A stretch of DNA of 64,000 nucleotides, taken from positions 67,503-131,502 of the forward strand of contig JAQVJU010000002.1 of the NCBI GenBank assembly GCA_028694995.1, in the 5' to 3' direction. The number at the start of each line of letters is the position of its first letter. Position 1 is the first letter of the stretch. Made by a program: the position numbers and the translations under genes. Below, piece after piece: positions 58,580 to 64,000 of this stretch. This DNA is from Minisyncoccota bacterium. GTDB taxonomy: Bacteria; Patescibacteriota; Minisyncoccia; UBA6257. The notes under the pieces were generated by a model, which was given only the letters and a program-made list of their open reading frames with translations, was not told the DNA's origin and searched no databases.

Positions 58580-59482
58580 TTAATCAACAGCAAATAATTC
58601 ATTTTCTCTAATAGAAGACTCTAAAAGACTTTTTATAAAAGGATTTTTAAATTGACTTTGATATATTCTTAAAGCTTTTTCCTTGTTTTCTTTAATTTCT
58701 GGAGAAAGCATAAATTTCTCCCAACCTCCATCAATAGTAATCAAATTCAAAGGCGGTAAAACAAATAAATCAGGGGCATATTTCTTAGGTTGAGGAAAAT
58801 CTTCATGATGAACTAAGTATTTATAAGAAAAGAGTTTTTGAGTAAATTCTTCTATTTTCTCTAATTCTTCCCATTTCTCTTCTTTGATTAAATCTTCATA
58901 TTCTTGTAAAGATTCTTTAAGATCCGATTGAGTTTTTTTATCTTTTAAAATCTCTTCAATCACCTTACCAATTATTGAATGATCTTTATGACTATCATCA
59001 GGATGAGGATAAAAAAGAACATTTGGTTGAATTTTTTCAATCTGTTTTAATAAAACTTCTTTCAATTCTTCAGAATTAACCTCATTTACTTTACTGTCTT
59101 GATAATTTAAATAAATTAAATTTTCCTTAGGAACTCCTAATATCTTAGTTGCATTTTCAAATTCTTGATAACGTTCAACTTTTAAATTATGACGATTGCC
59201 ATCGGTGACTAAAACAATATAAACTTCAGCTCCATTTTTAATAGATTCATTAATATATCCCCCACAAGCAATAGTTTCATCATCAGGATGAGGAGCAAAG
59301 ACTAAAACCACATCTTCTGACTGAGGTAAATAAACTTCATTTAAAAAATGAATGGCTAGCTGAGGTAAAACTGGATTAACTTTAAAATATCCAAAAACTG
59401 ATAATCCAATTATTAAAAGCAAAAACAATACTAATAATTGCCATTTATGACTAGCTTTAATTTTCTTTAATATTTTTCCCAT
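58580..59482 (-). CDS. PIG-L/LmbE family deacetylase with N-terminal TM anchor
   Basis: 'FAPHPDDETIACGG' and downstream 'HPDDSHKDH'. Confidence 0.7.
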   Translation of the reverse strand: MGKILKKIKASHKWQLLVLFLLLIIGLSVFGYFKVNPVLPQLAIHFLNEVYLPQSEDVVLVFAPHPDDETIACGGYINESIKNGAEVYIVLVTDGNRHNLKVERYQEFENATKILGVPKENLIYLNYQDSKVNEVNSEELKEVLLKQIEKIQPNVLFYPHPDDSHKDHSIIGKVIEEILKDKKTQSDLKESLQEYEDLIKEEKWEELEKIEEFTQKLFSYKYLVHHEDFPQPKKYAPDLFVLPPLNLITIDGGWEKFMLSPEIKENKEKALRIYQSQFKNPFIKSLLESSIRENELFAVD

Positions 59483-59826
59483 TATAATCCTAATATTTTC
59501 TTTAAAGCTACAGCATTGTTATATTTCATATCAACAGCAGAATATAATAAAGTTACCTTTTTCTTTTTTTTAATAATTTCTTTTAATTCGTTTACAATTT
59601 CTTTTTTCAATTTTAATTCTTCTTTGTATTTTTTTTGAAATTCTAACCATTTCTCTGGATCATGATTAAACCATTGACGTAATTCATTACTGGGTGATAT
59701 TTCTTTAAACCATAAATCTATCTTAGCTTTTTCCTTAGATATTCCTCTAGGCCAGAGATGATCTATTAATATCCGATACCCATCATCTTCTTCTAATTTC
59801 TCATAAATTCTTTTAATTTTAACCAT
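59482..59826 (-). CDS. DUF488 family protein
   Basis: 'MVKIKRIYE...DGYRILIDHLWPRGISKEKA...WFKEISPSNELRQWFNHDPEKW' pattern. Confidence 0.65.
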   Translation of the reverse strand: MVKIKRIYEKLEEDDGYRILIDHLWPRGISKEKAKIDLWFKEISPSNELRQWFNHDPEKWLEFQKKYKEELKLKKEIVNELKEIIKKKKKVTLLYSAVDMKYNNAVALKKILGL

Positions 59827-59957
59827 ATTTTAAAAGTTTTATTAAACTTTGTTGTAATTCTATCAAAAAATCACCAAAAAGGCGATTTTTTATTATATAA
59901 TATAAAAATATTGTAAATATTATTTTAATAGAAATTTTTATTATTACCTAGGGAGGC

Positions 59958-59986
59958 TTGACAAAATCATAAAAAAGTTCATAATA
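59958..59986 (+). promoter_or_regulatory. sigma-70-like promoter for rSAM cassette
   Basis: TTGACA-17 nt-ATAATA about 40-70 nt upstream of rSAM start. Confidence 0.4.
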
Positions 59987-60025
59987 ATTATATAAAGAAC
60001 CTTGAAAATTTAAATAGGAAAGAAG

Positions 60026-61129
60026 GTGATAAAAATGTTTTACCAACCAGTTACAACTCCCATTATTAAACCAGTTAATGGAATGTGTAATTTATCCTGT
60101 TTATACTGCTACACACTAAATCTAAAGAAATATACTGATAAAAATATGATGTGCCCAAAGACACTAAGAGCGACTATTGATTTCTTTTGCGCTGATCAAG
60201 ATGATATTGAATTTATTTGGCATGGCGGCGAACCTTTACTTGCAGGACTAGAGTTTTATCGTAAAATAATAAAAATTCAAAAAAACTGGAAATTAAAAGG
60301 AAGAAGAATAACAAATACCCTTCAAACTAATGCTACCCTTATCACCCCTGAATGGGTTAAATTTTTTGCTGAAAATGATTTTTTTATTGGTGTAAGTTTA
60401 GATGGACCGAAAGAGTTTCATGATCAATTACGCACTTACCCCAATGGTAAAGGATCATATGATGACGTTATGAAAGGTATTAATTTATTACGTCAAGCTA
60501 AAATATTCAATGGAGTTATTTGTGATATAAGTACTGTTAATTACAAATTTCCTAAAGAAATTTTTAATTTTTTTATCCTAGAAGATATAAAAAAATTAAA
60601 ATTCACTAGAGTAAAAAGTATTGGTCATTGTAATAATGTATCTTCGCTAGCTATTTCCCCTGCGCAATACACAGATTTTATGATTACTATCTTTGATCAT
60701 TGGCTTGATTTAGATGATCCAGAAATTGAAATTCGGGATATACAAAGTGTTGTTAATTTAATTTTAGGAGGAAATAGACGTGAATGCATCTATATGGGAC
60801 AATGCGATCAATTTGTTACTGTTTATTCCGATGGTTCAATTTACGGCTGTGATTCTTTTCCTAAAATAGATGAACTGTATTTTGGCAATATATTTGAAAA
60901 GCCAATTAAAGTTAGATCAAGCCCTCATTTACTAGCTTTTCGAAAACTACTAAAGGAAAGAAAGGAATTTTGTCAAACCTGTGATTGGTACTTTATATGC
61001 CAAGGAGGGTGTGCAAAAGATAATTACGACCAATTAAACTCTATTCAGCCACTAGATGAGATATGTAAGAATTTACAACGATATTTCAAGCATATATCAA
61101 CTAAAATACAATCATATAACCTTGTTTAA
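60026..61129 (+). CDS. radical SAM enzyme with C-terminal SPASM domain (anSME-like peptide-modifying maturase)
   Basis: 'CNLSCLYCY' CxxxCxxC, 'WHGGEPLL' SAM motif, SPASM 'CIYMGQCDQF...GCD' and 'CQTCDWYFICQGGC'; true start may be ATG at 60035 after RBS AGGAAAGAAGG. Confidence 0.85.
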   Translation: MIKMFYQPVTTPIIKPVNGMCNLSCLYCYTLNLKKYTDKNMMCPKTLRATIDFFCADQDDIEFIWHGGEPLLAGLEFYRKIIKIQKNWKLKGRRITNTLQTNATLITPEWVKFFAENDFFIGVSLDGPKEFHDQLRTYPNGKGSYDDVMKGINLLRQAKIFNGVICDISTVNYKFPKEIFNFFILEDIKKLKFTRVKSIGHCNNVSSLAISPAQYTDFMITIFDHWLDLDDPEIEIRDIQSVVNLILGGNRRECIYMGQCDQFVTVYSDGSIYGCDSFPKIDELYFGNIFEKPIKVRSSPHLLAFRKLLKERKEFCQTCDWYFICQGGCAKDNYDQLNSIQPLDEICKNLQRYFKHISTKIQSYNLV

Positions 61130-61185
61130 CTAAAAATTACCTTATTTCATTTAACTAAAAAGGAGGTAAAGAATTATGTTAAATG

Positions 61186-61353
61186 ATGCTTGCACCTTAA
61201 AGGAGAATCCCATCATTATTCCTAAGGTTTTAATTGAAGCAAAAAAAGAAGTAAATATCCTAACTTCAAACAAAAGACAGCCTTGGGATAAAGCTTGGGA
61301 AAAAGGCCCTTGGGATAAAGGACATTGGGCTAATAGAAAGTAATGCTCTTTCT
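61186..61353 (+). CDS. putative RiPP precursor peptide (55 aa), core PWDKAWEKGPWDKGHWANRK
   Basis: not in ORF track (below size cutoff); AGGAGG at 61171-76, 9 nt before ATG; same strand, 56 nt after rSAM stop; terminator follows. Confidence 0.55.
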
Positions 61354-61370
61354 TCTCCAAAGCCTCTTCT

Positions 61371-61407
61371 AAAGATTCAGAAGAGGCTTTTTCTTTTAAT
61401 ATTTTAT
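61371..61407. terminator. bidirectional rho-independent terminator closing the rSAM-peptide cassette
   Basis: AGCCTCTTCT-aaagattc-AGAAGAGGCT-TTTTCTTTT. Confidence 0.65.
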
Positions 61408-62259
61408 GGCTCCTAATAAATCTCTAAGATAATCTTCATCAATTATTTTATAATCTTTTAGGTATAATCCTGTGATTTTATATAATTTATATGCAATAAA
61501 CTTCCTCCATTCTAATAAATCCTTGGGTTTTGATTTAAAAGGAATAACTATTGTTTTTAAATATTTCTCACTTAGATAACCTTCTGGAATAAATGAACTA
61601 ATCAATAATTCTTCTAGAAACATTTTGGCTGGCATATTTTTACTTAGTTTTATCAACAATTCATTATTTTTCTCAGCTATCTTAGTAATTTTCAAAAATA
61701 AATCTTCATTCTTTCTTAATATTAAATGAAAAAATTCATGGGCTAAAACTGCTAAAGGAAAAAAATCCTTAGGGATTTGAAGATTAAAAGGAATTTCAAC
61801 TACAATAAAACTATTTTTTGGTTCCCAGGAAAACCAAGCATTTATCTCTTTATCTTTACTTGTTAAATCAGAAACAAGATAAATAGGTACTCTAGAAATT
61901 AAAAAATTATTTATTCCACTTAATTTTTTTATTTTAAAGATTACTTTTTGAAACAACGATTCATTATCTAGAAAATATTGTTGCCATGAAAGTAAATGCT
62001 TATATGCTTTATGCCAATATATATCAAATTCTTTATCTAATAAAATAATTGAATTTTGTATTTCTTTTACATTATCTTTCCCAATATTCTTTTCAATTTG
62101 TTTCCATATTTTATCCTCCTTTTCCCCATAAAAAGACAAACTAACCTTTTCATCTAGCAAATATTTTTGTAAATCTGATTTATTAAACTTTACTCTATTT
62201 GATTTTTGAGTAAAAAATAAGAGATTAGATAAACGAGAAATTTTAATTGATAAACTCAT
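61396..62259 (-). CDS. hypothetical protein with HExxH motif (possible zinc peptidase)
   Basis: 'LAVLAHEFFHLI'; convergent with cassette. Confidence 0.45.
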   Translation of the reverse strand: MSLSIKISRLSNLLFFTQKSNRVKFNKSDLQKYLLDEKVSLSFYGEKEDKIWKQIEKNIGKDNVKEIQNSIILLDKEFDIYWHKAYKHLLSWQQYFLDNESLFQKVIFKIKKLSGINNFLISRVPIYLVSDLTSKDKEINAWFSWEPKNSFIVVEIPFNLQIPKDFFPLAVLAHEFFHLILRKNEDLFLKITKIAEKNNELLIKLSKNMPAKMFLEELLISSFIPEGYLSEKYLKTIVIPFKSKPKDLLEWRKFIAYKLYKITGLYLKDYKIIDEDYLRDLLGAIKY

Positions 62260-62595
62260 ATTTTAAAAATATATATTAAGTTTAACAAACTTTAATAAGC
62301 CTTTAGATAAAAAACTAAAATTTTCCGCCAATCGGGTTTTAAAAATTTACTTATGTTTTTTTTCATATTATCTGATTATAACAAAAATAAACTTTTTGTC
62401 CCAGATTTTGCTAGCTCAGAGCCGTGAACAACGTTAGAACTATTATACAACAGCAAAATGAATATACCTATATACCAAATCTAAGAAAATTTGGTAAGAA
62501 ATAGATTTTACCCCACCTCCTAGCTCACTATTGTTTTGAAACAAAGAACTCCCAAAAATTGAGAATTCTTTACAAGATAACGAATAATTTTTTGC

Positions 62596-63588
62596 TTAAA
62601 AAGTTTCTTTACTACCGTCTTCGTAAATAATGGTATTAACTTCCCATTTGTATTGCAGATTCTGTAATTCTGTATTCTTTAGCTTAACGTCTTTATCAAT
62701 AAACTGATTATAATCTGTTCCCACATTCAACCAGGTATTACTTCCATTAGCTGAGATTACTTGGTCATAGCCTACGTTTACTGCCTTAATTTTATTGTCA
62801 AAAATATCATAAAATGTAAGCACCCCCTGGACCCCTCTTATATTCTTATCTGTCTTATTAGTGAATTTCAAATCCATAGTGATTTTGTCTTGGTAATCAC
62901 CTGACATATAATCGGCTTCGTGAAATCCTTTTTTGGTAATTTCAAGTATAACTTTATCTACTTTTACTTGATTCTGATCAAAGCCCGATATATCGGTCTG
63001 ACCCGCACCACCTTGTTGCAGATTTTTATTTACTTCGGATGCCTTACTTAAGTTCTGCACGCTTGCCACGAAACCCATAATAATTGCCAAAACGACGATG
63101 GCAACTAAGGAAAGGACAAGACCGTGTTTATTGGACAAAGTTTCAGGCTGTTCAATCTCTGACGCCTCTGCCTTCTTATCATACTTGTTTGCTATCAAAT
63201 GCAGAATAACTCCCCCCGTAAGACCAATTACAAAAGACAAAACTATTACAAACATCCCGCCAATCGCTGTCCCAAACGCCGCTCCAACTTGCTCAAATTC
63301 GTTAGTGGTTGAGATTATAGCTTTTGAACCTAAAACAAATGTAAACACCAAAGAAGACACGGGGAGCAAGAAAAAAGATATTTCGGTTGAACGGAAAAGT
63401 CTCTCCACAATATGATTCTTTTCAGTAAATTGCCAAACGCTCCAAATCATTAAAACCCAAATAATCAAAAACGCCCAGCCAAGATAGGTATTAAGTGTCA
63501 TCAAAGCATAATTTTGCGTAAAAATAAGAGCTGGCAACAGAGCCAAAAGAATTTTAAGAACTATGTGTTTTTTATATTGATTTTCCAT
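62596..63588 (-). CDS. membrane protein with C-terminal extracytoplasmic domain, hypothetical
   Basis: ~5 TM then 150-aa soluble domain. Confidence 0.4.
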   Translation of the reverse strand: MENQYKKHIVLKILLALLPALIFTQNYALMTLNTYLGWAFLIIWVLMIWSVWQFTEKNHIVERLFRSTEISFFLLPVSSLVFTFVLGSKAIISTTNEFEQVGAAFGTAIGGMFVIVLSFVIGLTGGVILHLIANKYDKKAEASEIEQPETLSNKHGLVLSLVAIVVLAIIMGFVASVQNLSKASEVNKNLQQGGAGQTDISGFDQNQVKVDKVILEITKKGFHEADYMSGDYQDKITMDLKFTNKTDKNIRGVQGVLTFYDIFDNKIKAVNVGYDQVISANGSNTWLNVGTDYNQFIDKDVKLKNTELQNLQYKWEVNTIIYEDGSKETF

Positions 63589-63826
63589 AATTTTTTTATA
63601 GCTTTATTTTAATAACGAAAAAACCCAAGAAAGTCATTTTAAGCCTTGCAAAAATACAATGGGAACAATGACCTCCTAAGAATACGACCATATTTCATTA
63701 TCTATAATGATATAATTATTAATAAATTATGTCAATTTTTACTTTACTATCCATTTTTATGATAGACTAGAGCACCATGAGTCTATATTGTAGGCAATAT
63801 TAAAATCTATTTAATAAAAATCTAAC

Positions 63827-64000
63827 TTATCCCTCATTCTTATCCGATATTTTTTTACTACCATTAATAATATTATAAATAGCGATTGAGATATCTTGAA
63901 TATTATATTCTCTTTTATAATTTATTCTGAGTAGGTTTACCCCAGCATCCTTGAATGCTTTCTCGACAAAAATGTCTCTTTCTTTCCTTTTTCCATAACT
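63827..64000 (-). CDS. partial CDS (C-terminal 57 aa; extends beyond window)
   Basis: open frame to window edge '...RDIFVEKAFKDAGVNLLRINYKREYN...' (DUF559/DUF2726-like tail, weak). Confidence 0.25.
   Translation of the reverse strand, partial: SYGKRKERDIFVEKAFKDAGVNLLRINYKREYNIQDISIAIYNIINGSKKISDKNEG

Noticed and set aside
59827-59900. Imperfect hairpin AAATCACC-aaaaa-GGCGATTT + T-run upstream of the rSAM, considered as a leader-peptide or riboswitch element
   Set aside because: It has one mismatch in an 8-bp stem and lies in a divergent promoter region (DUF488 on the minus strand, rSAM on the plus strand). There is no small ORF with an RBS upstream of the rSAM. The downstream 55-aa ORF is the better precursor candidate.
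61151-61360. 69-aa minus-strand ORF (MEKKEHYFLLAQCPLSQGPF...) from the six-frame track
   Set aside because: It is antisense to the 55-aa plus-strand ORF, which has a canonical AGGAGG RBS and sits in operon with the rSAM. The minus ORF is low-complexity and would read into the cassette terminator. It is regarded as a shadow ORF.

Overview
This is an AT-rich (~30% GC), densely packed window, mostly minus-strand housekeeping genes. Its gene content and short proteins are consistent with a small-genome bacterium, possibly CPR/Patescibacteria-like; that placement is inference only. The recognisable core genes are listed here.

- **SAM and tRNA modification:** metK preceded by a SAM-I riboswitch; a tRNA wobble-modification neighbourhood of Elp3-like rSAM/GNAT, queH, tgt and queA.
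- **Redox and cell wall:** trxB, murD, and a compact dcw cluster (mraZ-rsmH-ftsL-ftsI-Mur ligase) with MraZ-type GTGG repeats upstream.
- **Chaperones:** groES-groEL and hrcA-grpE-dnaK-X-dnaJ, each preceded by a CIRCE-like palindrome.
- **Information processing:** cysS, dnaB, recR, rplU, an RRM protein, xth, alr, an ECF sigma factor and a sigma-70-family factor.
- **Membrane and transport:** a MacAB-like efflux set plus an ABC-F ATPase, mscS, mscL, a P-type ATPase, a peroxiredoxin, and htpX/lemA.
- **RNA genes:** tRNA-Ser(GGA) and tRNA-Glu(CUC).

Two accessory regions stand out.

1. A ~7 kb block of higher GC content sits against the 3' end of tRNA-Ser. It carries an XRE-HTH controller, a Type III Mod (DPPF and FxGxG motifs, unusually long at 943 aa) and a Res (Walker A/DEAH helicase, 968 aa). 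It is bordered by a GC-rich non-coding stretch.
2. A two-gene cassette lies near the window end: a radical SAM/SPASM enzyme followed on the same strand by an unannotated 55-aa ORF with a strong Shine-Dalgarno. Its C-terminal core, PWDKAWEKGPWDKGHWANRK, has three Trp-x-Lys motifs and a promoter and terminator frame the pair. This is the layout expected for an rSAM-crosslinked RiPP (streptide-, darobactin- or triceptide-like Trp-Lys / aromatic-Cβ cyclophane chemistry). It is the best candidate for an undescribed system here. A convergent HExxH protein and a membrane protein flank it.

No CRISPR array or transposase was seen. Coordinates of short elements were counted by hand and may be off by a few bases. 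All family assignments rest on motifs read by eye and should be confirmed by HMM or BLAST searches.
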